Shown: positions 33,801-45,750 of the stretch, piece after piece
How positions within the stretch are numbered: position 1 is the stretch's first letter
How the letters are laid out: every line of letters begins with the position of its first letter
Assembly: GCA_020137815.1 (NCBI GenBank)
Contig: CM035351.1
Location: 5,642,001-5,706,000 of the forward strand
From: Hormiphora californensis
Taxonomy: Eukaryota; Animalia; Ctenophora
Length of the DNA stretch: 64,000 bases
Reading direction: 5' to 3'
Position numbers and translations under genes: made by a program
Notes under the pieces: generated by a model
Told to the model about the DNA's origin: nothing
Database searches by the model: none
What the model saw: only the letters and a program-made list of their open reading frames with translations

Positions 33801-36800
33801 ACAAACGGACAGACAGACAAACAAACAGACAGACAAAAAACATGATAAACAGCCAAACAACCACCATGACAAACTGTCAAAAAAGACAAACTCAGTACTC
33901 ACCTTCAAAGCGGTATTTATCTTGGTCACAGTTTCATTTAGTAGCACTCCATTGGACACCATGATATCAGTGTAATGGCTCTTGAATGATATTTTGGAGG
34001 GTAGGGGAGCTATCTCTAACACCCTCACATCGCACCGCGTGAAGGAAGCCACCAGGTTACCCAACACGAAGAAGTTAGTGTGGTACCGGTGGTAGGGATG
34101 GGGACACGAACCCACCACCAGCTCAGTTTCGTAGAACTTCAATTCCAGGAACTTGCCAAAGGAGTAGTTCCAGAGTTCCTTCGACACCACGGATATATCG
34201 GACATGGCGAGGCACTGGTTACAAACACTCCACATAAGGGGTGTGCTAGCAACACAATCCAAAACTTGAGACACCCTGCTCATTCTCAGGCTGACTTTCT
34301 GGCCGTTGTGCACAAACCTCCGTTCATGATCCACCGTTTCAATTTTGCAAGTTTGCTCAGGACACTGGTAGGTACTCTGGAAGCAGTAATCTCGGAGAAA
34401 TAGGCCGAGGGTTAGGTCATTCTTGCTATAGAACTGCATGTTCAGCGACCAGGGACTGATGCAGGGTAGAGGATGATTGAAGGATTTCACTGAGAAGGAA
34501 GAAAAGAGAACCAGGAGCTTTTGATGGTTATAAAAATCCAAGCAATCTAAATCTTTGCCCCGTAGGTTCTGCTCAAAGCGATGTTTTATCCTGGCGGGTG
34601 CCTCAGGATGACACTCCTCCCCGACCCCACTATCATCCGTCCCTTCCACCTTATCTCTCTCAAACTCCCAATACCCAAAGGCCCGGTAAAACGCAAAATC
34701 ATCTTCCGAAAAAGCGGTGATAACTGGCTTGTGAAGTAGAAGCTCGGGGGGAGAGTTTTCAGTTGCAGAATCCAGGGAAGAGGAAGAGGACCGTCCACGG
34801 TTTTGTGATAGCGGGTCCTCGCTCGTAGTGCTGATTGGAGACAGCAGATCAGAGTGGTAGATGTAGTCATCGAAATAAGGTCTTGTGGGACAAGTGTTAC
34901 CCTCCCCAGTATAGAGATAGGGGACACTTGGCCGGCAGAATGGGGTCAGTGAGAATATCGTGGTACGGACCAGCATGGAGAAGAGACGCTCCACATCACT
35001 AACTGTATCATGATGTTGTTCACTGTCATCCTCAGAGACGTTGTCAATGGCCGCCTCACTGTCAGAGGGGCTGGCACCCAGGGTCGGTGTGCAGCTTGGA
35101 GGGGTGTTAGTTGAGAGAGGTGCGGGGCTACTTGGGGTGGTCATGGCAGGGAGGAGGAGTTGGCATCGCTTCATGTAGTGGAGTTCTAAACGGGTGTTGT
35201 AGAGCGAGAGTAGGAGGTAGGATGCAACCTTCTTTACACGTTTTAGCATCTGTTTGTTGTCCCCGAACAACATGACAGTTTTACCGAGCTGTTTATTACA
35301 GCCTGTGAAAAAGAGAAGCGGCTTCCGACCACCGTAGAAATCCTTCATGAAGCTAGCCCGGAACTCCCGGCAATGACCCAGTTTGCTCTTGAAGGAGCTG
35401 ATCTCCCCTGAGGCTGGGATGAAATTAATGTTATCCAGGTTTTGTATTACGTCCCCCTCGACACATCTCGCTAACTTGTCAATCTGGCCTTGCTTCAAGT
35501 TTAAAACGAGCGTTATCCCCTTTTCCAACAAGTCATCTTTTGCGATTTGTGACACTGACTTTTCCACGATTAGCACGTCAGGTTCGAAGGATGAGATCCG
35601 ATCAGTCAGCTTTGAGAGGAACTCTTTCTCCTGCAGATGGACTGGGTTGAGGGAAGTTAGTTTGGTGAGGAACTCTCTGGTAGGATATAGAACCACTTAA
35701 CAACATTATCTTAGGGTTCGTTATCCATGGTCTCATCTTCTTATGGGCTACCGTCTTACTGCACACGTATCCGTCAAGGGCAAACTGACTGCTCGGTTGA
35801 CCAAACACCTTCTTGAACTTGACATATTTCCGAATGTCCATGGCGTCACCTAGCAACGGGTTAGGAGTGACGTCACTAGCAGCCTCCGCAACGACCCTTT
35901 TTAGAATTGGTTTCCATTGTTCTGGAATCCGTTCCCTGGCAACCAGTACGTCCAGAATATTACACATGTGTTCCTCGTACCGTGCTTGTAGAGCAGTGAG
36001 TGTCCGCTCAACGGGCACCGCGTGATGAACAGGCTCTGTTGTCATAGGTAACGTTCTGCTCACCAAATGCTGGGATTACAATGCTAGGATTGGGTGTTTT
36101 CTCCTGTTTCACGCACTGACAAAACACATCGATACCGTAGGACTCAGTACTCCTGGGAACAGTAGAAGAACCCTCAGGGACGGGTTTAGCAAATATATTA
36201 GCGCTCCGGTTCAGGGACTCGAGTGTTCGGGTCAGTTCTATCGTATCACTATCATCCATACACTTATCACCAGTGTTCACGGCGGAATCGACAGAGGGCG
36301 GCCAATAACCCTCCGCTCCAGGGAGATCCTTCTCTAGATCAACATGGACAAACGATGAGACAGTGGACCGGGCATTGCTGTCAAATGACTGAGTCCGTGC
36401 TTCTAGTATCATTCTATGGACCCAGTTAGTATCACTATCCTCATCCTTATCCTTCTTTATCTGTTCGTACAACATCACGGTATTTTCATTATAATCATCC
36501 TTCCTGCCCACCCGATACAAAACCCCTCCCTTATCCACCCCCTCCAGCCTATCAGTCTCTATCCACGCACTCAACATACGATCTGCTTCATCGGACTTCT
36601 GGAGGTGCTCTGCCAGCCATTTTAAGATATCAGATCTCTGGTATGTCTCCGTGTAGTATCGGAATCGCTGCCAGGTGGACTGGGGCTGGAGGAGGGAGGA
36701 GGGAGATCGGAACAGGCTCCACATGAAATGGAGGTTGATTTTCCACACATCCTCCTCTTTGAGTTCCTCCTGTTGGGAAAGAGCAATGTTTTAGACAAGT

Positions 36801-39800
36801 TAGAAAATAAAAAACTCATCCTGTTACCTCTAGAAAAGAGAAGGGTGATAAAGCAAAGCAGGTCATATTATATCTGCACTTTCAAAACAGGACACATAGA
36901 GATAAAGAGAACAAGCAATCCTAAACAAGTTGATACATGTATGCAACCGATAACCCACATATTATATGTATATAAAATGCGGGTATATGTGGGTTATTAG
37001 TAGCATAAAAGTATCAACTTGTTGGATATATTTCATACTAACGACCTGCACATACTACCTAAGTTGTAACCTAATATCCCATCACACAAACCTGCAAGAA
37101 GTCGCTGATCTGCTCAATGGGGGATTCCTGAGTCTCGATAGCAGAGGTAGGAGACCGGTCCAACATGGTGGTGGGGGAGAATATGAGGCTCTTGTGGTTT
37201 AGAGAGGAGTGACGTCGTTCTAACTTCATATTCTTGGATTTCAGCTCCAAGCAATACTTACACACCCGCAACTGCACCTGAAGAAGACGGGGTGATAATT
37301 CAGCAACTGCAGCACCTGTGTAGAGGGATAGGGAGGGAGTACAGCTGATGTATGTGACGTACATACAGCAGGTGTGTATGTCGATACCTTGTAATAAGGC
37401 GAGGTGTGTGGAATATGATACATCCCCCTTAGTGGATTCTGCAGTGCGTGTGCCATGTAACACAGTACACACATAAAAGCGCCTAGTAGGGTGTTGCAAT
37501 ATTGTTCTGTTCTAACCCTTCTACAATATTTGGGGCGTGGTGAGGAATGTTGCAATGCATAATTGCCCTTAGAACAAAGGTGCCTAAATTCCTCTTTTGA
37601 AGCGCTAGAAGTGATATATCAAGAATTTCTAAAGGTTACTTTATTTAGGTTTCTTGGCGAGAAACCCAAATAAAGTAACCTACACACACATGGCTAGTAT
37701 CAATATTACATATTTCCTGGTATTCGCATGTAAAAACACTAGTCCGATAGCGCCCCACCCACATGTACCATCCCAGCCCAACCCTGTTTGGCGGATTTGA
37801 TTCTCAATCTCTGTGCGTCCAGATGGGGTCTGTAGTGCCAGACAGGCGCACCTTCATCCCCACCAACACCCTGGGTGTACCTCTGTGTTTCCATTGCCGG
37901 GTATTATCCCCGTTATCATATCACTGCAGCAATCGTAGCAGAATATCTGGCCGCACAGTCGGCAGTGGTGGCGCCTCTTGAAGGTTGTGAAGAGGGTACC
38001 GCAGTCATAACATTCCTGAAACACGTGTGTTACTATTGGTAACTAGGCAGTAACTAGTGGTAACCCGCAGTCATAGCATTCCTGAAACACGTGTGTTACT
38101 ATTGGTAACTACCGCGTGGGCCAATAAAAAGGGAGGGTCTTAAATCTTAGATTTCTCCGGCACCTTAATTCCAATGGTTCTGAAATTTTGACACAATGTT
38201 CTTGAGCTTATGCCAGATATGTGTACAGAGTTTCAAGTTCAAAAATTCAGAAATTCATTAATGAACCTAAATTCCTGTTTTTAAGCCAATGCAGGTTTTC
38301 TCGACTCCAGGTTTTTTCGTTTTCCAGGAACCTCTTTTGCACTTTACGCCGGATTTGTGCTACTGGGTACAACAAAGGGAATTCGAGACCAATTACAATC
38401 TTGCTAACAAGATTTTGTCACACCCTGGTTACGTTTCTTGTTGCTTGCATGGAGGTTACATGACGCTTGTTGTTTCCAATCAGTATAAGCATTAGCAAGC
38501 TTCCATAGGCAAGGTTTCGATTTACTAATGTCTCAACTAACGGTTTGTTAATGAACTATCGGTTAGATGTTAATTTATACAGTTATTAACGAAAAATAGA
38601 AAACAAATAAAAAAATCGAAAATTTAAAAAAACAGATTTTTTCAAATTTAACAGTTTTTCATACCAGAATGAACTTAAATGATTAAATCATAACCAAGTT
38701 AGGTTTTAATTTCATCTCTACAGTGCAAATCTCTCCTTTTCAGCGAAAATATATTTTTTGAAAGAATGATCATTTTTAATTCATTAATTTCACCCACTAA
38801 ACTTTATTCATTTTCAATAAAATTTCAGATTGCCATTGATAAATGTTAACACTATTGAGTGGCTGCAATTTTGCGATCCAAATCGACTTGGAACAAGGGA
38901 AAACCTTCAATTAACCGAAAAAACGGGAATTTAGGTTCATTAATGAACTTCTGCATTTTTGAATTTGAAACTCTGTACACATATCTGGCATAAGCTCAAG
39001 AACATTGTGTCAAAATTTCAGAACCATTGGAATTAAGGTGCCGGGGAAATATAAGATTTAAGACCCTCCCTTTTTATTGGCCCACGCGTTTAAGTTAGTA
39101 ACTAGTGGTTACCCACAATAAATCAACCATTACAAAATAGAGGGGGGAGGCCGGAGGGGGACAAAATACCATGGGGCATGTGTAGTACTCTTCCCCTAAA
39201 TACCTTGCACTGATCATCTGGCATCCAGTATTTCCTATAGTTCCCAATCGGGTCAGGACCACCATCCACAGTTGTAGTTGTGCTAGTGGTTTGAGTTATC
39301 GGAGGAGGAGGAGGACCATTCCTCTTGCTCAACAGCTGACCAAATGAGGAGACCTGCACAGTTGTCAATATTATATGTCAATAAGGGACACATTATATTG
39401 TCAATATATGTTGCTGCGTGGGTGGTGCAATATTACAAGTTCGACACTCTGTCTGGTTTGAAATGACCCAATTTTCAGCATCCCAGCAGACATTTCATTC
39501 CAAATGGTCGGAAAGTTTTCAACTGTTGAATTGGATAGGGACCATGATGAACGTTACTACCCCAATATATGTCTACCTACCCTTGTCAGTGGAGCGGGGC
39601 TTGTCACTGCATCACGGAGTACTGGAGCTGCTGTAGTTGAAGGGGGTAATGGCACAGGGACTGCAGCAGCTGTCTCCACCACCTGCCCTCCTCCATTGGT
39701 AGTGGTAGCAGGTCGGACAAAATCCAGGAAACTCCGGAGGAAACCCCCGGCTGCGGAATCAGGGGAGCCACCGGGTGGGTTTTCAAAGGAGGTCAGCACA

Positions 39801-39829
39801 TTGGGGTTGGTGTTCATCGATGACGTCAT
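30180..39829 (-). CDS. PIKFYVE: 1-phosphatidylinositol 3-phosphate 5-kinase PIKfyve/Fab1 (multi-exon; two apparent frameshifts near 36060 and 35670)
   Basis: FYVE YWMPDDQCK|ECYDC...RRHHCRLCGQIFC; CCT-like domain MDIRKYVKFKKV, VEKSVSQIAKD; YSKNDLTLGLFL, HERRFVH, SFGKFLELKFY; kinase GGKSG, YDLK, DYSLLVG, GIIDYIRKFTFDKKVE, LVPDRWTG at the C-terminus. Confidence 0.95.
31796..31910. repeat. 24-bp intronic minisatellite next to a PIKfyve acceptor
   Basis: AGAGATTTAGTGAGAGGGTAAGTT x ~5. Confidence 0.9.
37784..37845 (-). mobile_element. Decayed reverse-oriented copy of the 86-bp CTGTC element (PIKfyve intron)
   Basis: CTGTTTGGCG...ATTTGATTCTCAA...CAGATGGGGTCTG...CCAGACAG aligns by eye to the reverse complement of 17497-17582. 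Confidence 0.7.
38112..39089. mobile_element. ~980-bp non-autonomous DNA transposon with ~170-bp TIRs (Tc1/mariner-like), PIKfyve intron
   Basis: CGCGTGGGCCAATAAAAAGGGAGGGTCTTAAATC... mirrored at 38920-39088; TA at or near the flanks. Confidence 0.85.
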
Positions 39830-41089
39830 AGAGCGGTAAGCAGCTCATGGAGAGAGGGGAAGGTGATGCAACACTGTGTGTAGTTACATGCTAGAGAGAG
39901 AGTGAGATAGATGTTATTATGGGAGAGTGAGGACAACTAGATCACTGAGAGAGGGGGCAACTCGATCATAGAGAGAGAGAAAGAGAAACTATATCATAGA
40001 TAGATGTTATTATCAGAGAGAGGGGGCAACTCGATCATAGAGATCACTGAGAGAGAAAGGGAAAATAGATCACATAGATATATCTGCGGTCCACTTAGTT
40101 GGGTCGGGTAATACTCAAACAAGAGGATCATTTCAGTGTGTGTTTATAAAAATAGTTGGTAATAAATTAGTCAAGATCAAACGAAGCGATCCGGTTAGAA
40201 AATAGAATTCTCCGTGTTTATCCTTCCATTAGCATAGTAAAAATCTCCCCGCAATCCTTTGCAATAAGGCATCCTACACCAAACCAAAACAAGTTTCGAG
40301 TTATCTTCCTGTAGGGGGAAACAAGAGATTTATCAGGGGGGGGGGGTACAGGCTAGCAAGATAAGAGGTTTTTCAGATAATACAAAGGGGGTATAATATG
40401 AGCTAGGTACTCATGATAGATGATGTGAAAGAGTTACGCTCCAGTTGCAGATTGGAGGCTGGCTCCAGTTTCTGGCGCCAGCCTCCAGTCTGCAACTGGC
40501 GCAAGCTGGGAGAGTCCCTGTGCGCGCCAAATCTTCGTTGACTAGCAGGGTTTTCGATGTGAATTGCATGTAAAGTAGCGCGCGCGGCAGTGTCAGCAGT
40601 GTCAGCAGGGGCCTGATTGATTTTGATTTGAACTTTAACTGGACCCTTACTACCAAGTACCAACACTCAAACGAGAAATGAAATAAAACCGAGAGAAAGA
40701 TATTTCTCCGAGTTTCAAGAGGTGCACAAGTAAGAGGTGCACAAGTAAAATGCCCTGTGAGAGGGTTGAACACGGGGGGGGGGGGGGGGGGGGGAGGGTG
40801 GTTGAATACACACGACTTGATGTGATGAGAATTGGTGTTGAGGAGATACAAGGCTTATATATAATCAACAGGAAGATTCTAGATGCATTTGTGTTTGAGA
40901 GAAGAGATGTAAACAACTGAGAGATTCTAGTGGGGTGTTCATCACACACACACACACACACATTCATCACACATTCATCACACATTCAGCACACATTCAC
41001 TATTACCTTCTGAAGGGGTCGGTGTAGACACTACACACCGTTTTCCTGATCTCAGTTATCTTGGACTCTTCAGCCATGATATTATCAGC

Positions 41090-41420
41090 TGTATGATGGA
41101 GTAGAGAGGTGATGCAACACACAATTAATACAATATATTGGCTGGAGATCAATTTATTAATAACACTTTAACGCAAGAAAAACAAAGATACACGCGTTAC
41201 AAAGATTTCCCACACAATGACATTCCCACACACACCATGCCTCAAGATTGATGGTCTACTGTTTTATACCCAAAATCAATATATGAATACATAATTCTCT
41301 GTGCTGTGTATAATAGCACAAACTGTGTTTTACACAATTGTCTAACGTTATACTGCTCTTTGGTTACGAAGTCACCCCTATTATTGCATATAGGGGTGAC
41401 AATACCGCCTACCTAAAAAT
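41090..41420 (-). mobile_element. Possible LTR remnant preceded by a polypurine tract
   Basis: Minus strand AGGTAGGCGGTA-TGTCAC ... TATAAAA ... AATAAA ... CATACA. Confidence 0.35.
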
Positions 41421-41760
41421 GAAAATTTACAGGACCTTCTCATGAAAAGTTATCGAAAACTTGTCTAAAACCTATCTAAAACGTATGGTACTAGTTTGTA
41501 TAGTAACCAGGACCTGAATTCTACAGAAAGTAACGATCGGTAGCGATTCCACCACATGTTTAACAACAGAGGTGTGTCGCAGAACTCCTTATATGGGCAT
41601 AAAATTCCAATCTTGTGGAATTTATTCTGACTCGACTATAGCTTAGTTATCAATGAATCCACCTCTAATAACTTTGGAATGGCATTTTGCACATTTCTGA
41701 AGCTTTTTGTAGCCAAATTCCAGCATCTTCATAGTTTTCCAAAAACAAAAACAGTGTTAA

Positions 41761-42210
41761 AGGTTGACAAGATACCTAAAACTTTTCGTATATCGTCTTA
41801 TTTTGATTTATCATTAATTTTCAGCATTTTTTCAGAATTTTTTGTCGGCTAGAAATATGTGCAAAATAGGGGGTCTACTGACAAATGAGTGTGCCTTTTT
41901 TAAAATTGATAACGTAATATCTCCGGTTCCTGATGAGATACAGAAACCGTTTTGGTAGCGTTGGAAAGGTCTTATTGAGACCAATCCAACGCAACCAAGA
42001 TCAAGTCTTTATCTTTTGAGGAACCGGAAACGTGAATTTCAATTTGCGAGACGCAGTGAGTGTGCCCAGTAAAACCAGTGCTGACAATATCGGTAGACCC
42101 CCTATTTCGAATTTTTTTCTAGCCGACAAAAAATTCTGAAAAAATGCTGAAAATTAATGATAAATCAAAATAAGACGATATACGAAAAGTTTTAGGTATC
42201 TTGTCAACCT
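41761..42210. mobile_element. 450-bp Kolobok-like MITE
   Basis: ~120-bp TIR beginning AGGTTGACAAG; TTAA on both sides (41757-41760, 42211-42214); purine termini distinguish it from piggyBac. Confidence 0.85.
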
Positions 42211-42415
42211 TTAATGGCCAAAATATCGAAAAATTCCGGTATGTAAAGGTAGCTCAGACAATTTCCTCGGTATGTTCAAAAAATTAGAACTTTCTGTTTT
42301 GTAGTTTGGACACACGAATTTTTTTCCCGCCGTACAAGCGATATTATTACCCCTCCGTGAGCTAGCGCAGAGGGGGAATTTCATTACCAATACTGCTCTG
42401 CAGTTAGCTGGTTTC

Positions 42416-43281
42416 TAGGAGCCGGCGATATATATCGATATCGAATGGAATATCGATATTTCGATTCGATAATATCGAATCGATATCGAATCGAGCAATT
42501 TTTTTCCCGAAATATCGAATCGATATCGAATCGAAAATTTTTCGATACCAAAATATCGAATCGATATCGAATCGAAATTTTTCGATATCAAAATATCGAA
42601 TCGATATCGAATCGAAATTTTTTCGATATCAAAATATCGAATCGATATCGAATCGAAATTTTTTCGATATCAAAATATCGAATCGATATCGAATCGAAAA
42701 TTTTTCGATATCAAATATCGAATCGATATCGAATCGAAAATTTTTCGATGCCAAAATATCGAATCGATATCGAATCGGAAATTTTTCGATATCAAAATAT
42801 CGAATCGATATCGAATCGGAAAATTTCGATATCAAAATATCGAATCGATATCGAATCGAATTTTTTTCGATATCAAAATATCGAATCGATATCGAATCGA
42901 AAATTTTTCGATATCAAATATCGAATCGATATCGAATCGAAATTTTTTCGATATCAAAATATCGAATCGATATCGAATCGAAATTTTTTCGATATCAAAA
43001 TATCGAATCGATATCGAATCGAAATTTTTTCGATATCAAAATATCGAATCGATATCGAATCGAAATTTTTTCGATATCAAAATATCGAATCGATATCGAA
43101 TCGAAAAATTCTCGATATCAAATATCGAATCGATATCGAATCGATTTTTTTTCGATAACAAAATATCGAATCGATATCGAATCGAAAAATGTTCGATATC
43201 AAAATATCGAATCAATATCGAATCAATATTATTTCGATATCAAAATATCGAATCGATATCTAATCGAAAATTTTCGATATT

Positions 43282-43325
<44 letters not shown>

Positions 43326-43329
43326 TCTT

Positions 43330-43383
<54 letters not shown>

Positions 43384-43627
43384 TCACAGTAGTACTCACT
43401 GAGGGTGCTATTCATTTAAGTTTCTTCTTTTCATTTATTTCATATAATTGCCTTCTTTGTTTGCTATATTGTTCCTGTTGATGATAAACAAGACCAGCAG
43501 GAACTTTACTACGGGTCCATTCCCATTTGGATTCCAAGCTACTTCAGCTAAACCTGGTCACAGGTACTCACAGGTACTCTCTCTCTCTCTTTCTCTCTCT
43601 CCCTCTCACTCTCTCTTTCTCTATCTT

Positions 43628-43681
<54 letters not shown>

Positions 43682-43729
43682 TCTCTCTTTCTCTATCTTT
43701 CTTTCTCTCTCTCTCTTTCTCTTTTTCTT

Positions 43730-43767
<38 letters not shown>

Positions 43768-44773
43768 TCTGTCTCTCTCTCTCTCTGTCTCTCTCTGTCT
43801 CTCTCTCTCTCTGTCTCTCTCTGTCTCTCTCTCGATATCGAACGGAATATCGATATTTCGATTCGATAATATCGAATCGATATCGAATCGAGTGATTTTC
43901 TTCCCAAAATATCGAATCGATATCGAATCGGAAATTTTTCGATATCAAAATATCGAATCGATATCGAATCGGAAATTTTTCGATATCAAAATATCGAATC
44001 GATATCGAATCGATATTTTTTCGATATCAAAATATCGAATCGATATCGAATCGAAAATTTTTCGATATCAAATATCGAATCGATATCGAATCGAAAATTT
44101 TTCGATATCAAATATCGAATCGATATCGAATCGGAAATTTTTCGATATCAAAATATCGAATCGATATCGAATCGAAAAATTTTCGATTTCAAAATATCGA
44201 ATCGATATCGAATCGAAAATTTTCGATATTAAAATATCGAATCGATATCGAATCGATAATTTTTCGATATCAAAATATCGAATCGATATCGAATCGATAT
44301 TTTTTCGATATCAAAATATCGAATCGATATCGAATCGAAAATTTTCGATATTAAAATATCGAATCGATATCGAATCGAATTTTTTTCGATATCGAAATAT
44401 CGAATCGATATCGAATCGATTTTTTTTCGATATCAAAATATCGAATCGATATCGAATCGATTTTTTTCGATATCAAAATATCGAATCGATATCGAATCGA
44501 TTTTTTTTCGATATCAAAATATCGAATCGATATCGAATCGATTTTTTTTCGATATCAAAATATCGAATCGATATCGAATCGAAAAATTTCGATATTAAAA
44601 TATCGAATCGATATCGAATCGAAATTTTTTCGATATCAAAATATCGAATCGATATCGAATCGAAAAATTTTCGATAACAAAATATCGAATCGATATCGAA
44701 TCGAAAATTTTCGATTGTCAAAAAAAAATCGATATCGAATCGAAAAAAAAAATCGGGATATCGCCGGCTCCTA
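42416..44773. mobile_element. 2.36-kb non-autonomous hAT element filled with two arrays of a ~41-bp palindromic satellite
   Basis: 16-bp TIR TAGGAGCCGGCGATAT; 8-bp TSD CTGGTTTC (42408-42415, 44774-44781); unit ATATCGAATCGATATCGAATCGAAATTTTTCGATATCAAA, ~20 copies per array. Confidence 0.92.
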
Positions 44774-44817
44774 CTGGTTTCCCACCTTTCTAATCCACAG
44801 TTCTCTATATCCCTGCA

Positions 44818-45186
44818 CTAGAGGTTCCTACAAATCCTCTCGACCTGATCTAGATTAATGCCAGCAAGCCACTTCTCATACTCAACAAAAAACTGGCTCA
44901 TGCACTTTTCAGGATTGCTCTCCGTGGAAGAGAGATGCTCATAGAGTTTCAATTGGAAGGGACTCAGTTTACTGATAAGCACAGTTATCACCCCATCATT
45001 CTCAATTTGGTATTGTGAAACTGTCCTGGATTGATCCAATTTCACCCCCTTGTGGAGTAGAGTCAGCTGGATGGAGGGTAGACCTAGCTCCAGACCCAGG
45101 ATCCGCTTCATCTCACTAATCAGGGTCTGTCCTCCGGCAGTGAAGGACCCAGACCGACCACCAACCACTTTGAAGTTAAGCCTCAT
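44818..45186 (-). CDS. UBL4A: Ubiquitin-like protein 4A / Get5 (122 aa, intronless)
   Basis: N-terminal ubiquitin fold (MRLNFKVVGG...LLHKGVKL...QYQI) and C-terminal INLDQVERI resembling the Ubl4A BAG6-binding helix. Confidence 0.75.
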   Translation of the reverse strand: MRLNFKVVGGRSGSFTAGGQTLISEMKRILGLELGLPSIQLTLLHKGVKLDQSRTVSQYQIENDGVITVLISKLSPFQLKLYEHLSSTESNPEKCMSQFFVEYEKWLAGINLDQVERICRNL

Positions 45187-45750
45187 ATCATTGCCATACA
45201 CCTGGTACACTATGGAAATGTGAGATATGAAAGGGACTGTTTGGAACAGCAGAGAGTGAAGAGAGAAGATATTATAGGAGATGGTGGGGAGAAGGATCAG
45301 GAATAGGGAATGCTGAATCAGGGATGAACCTGCATAAATCAAGAAAAACACATCCCAGGTTATTGCAAAGAATCTCAAATTATGTCAATTTTATATTTAT
45401 GCGTCTTTGGACATTTGAGTGTAATATAACATAAAACATTCTCTCTATTAATATCTCCCTGTATCTCTCTTTCTCTCCCTGTATCTCTCTTTCTCTCTTT
45501 TTTCTTTCTCCATTATTCTCTGTTTCTCTCGTTTTCTATTTCCCTCAGCTCTCTCTCTCTCCCTCTCTCCTTTCTTTGTCTCTCTCTATTCCATTATTTA
45601 ATATTTATATTCAATAAAATTATGTTCGTGATAAAAGAATTGTGAGTGTTAGTAAAAAAGCAGTTACTTTACATAAAAGCGTTTCCCGTCGCCAGTGTCC
45701 CATAATTCAGGAGTTTTTAGTTGCTAAGCAACGCCAATATATATCCCTGT

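Noticed and set aside
43470-43575. Non-repetitive core of the hAT element as a captured gene or transposase fragment
   Set aside because: No recognisable motif in any frame
42445-44721. Long ORFs (237 aa, 409 aa) and a CRISPR-like appearance
   Set aside because: Translations of a ~41-bp satellite and CT microsatellite; no unique spacers or cas genes; eukaryotic context
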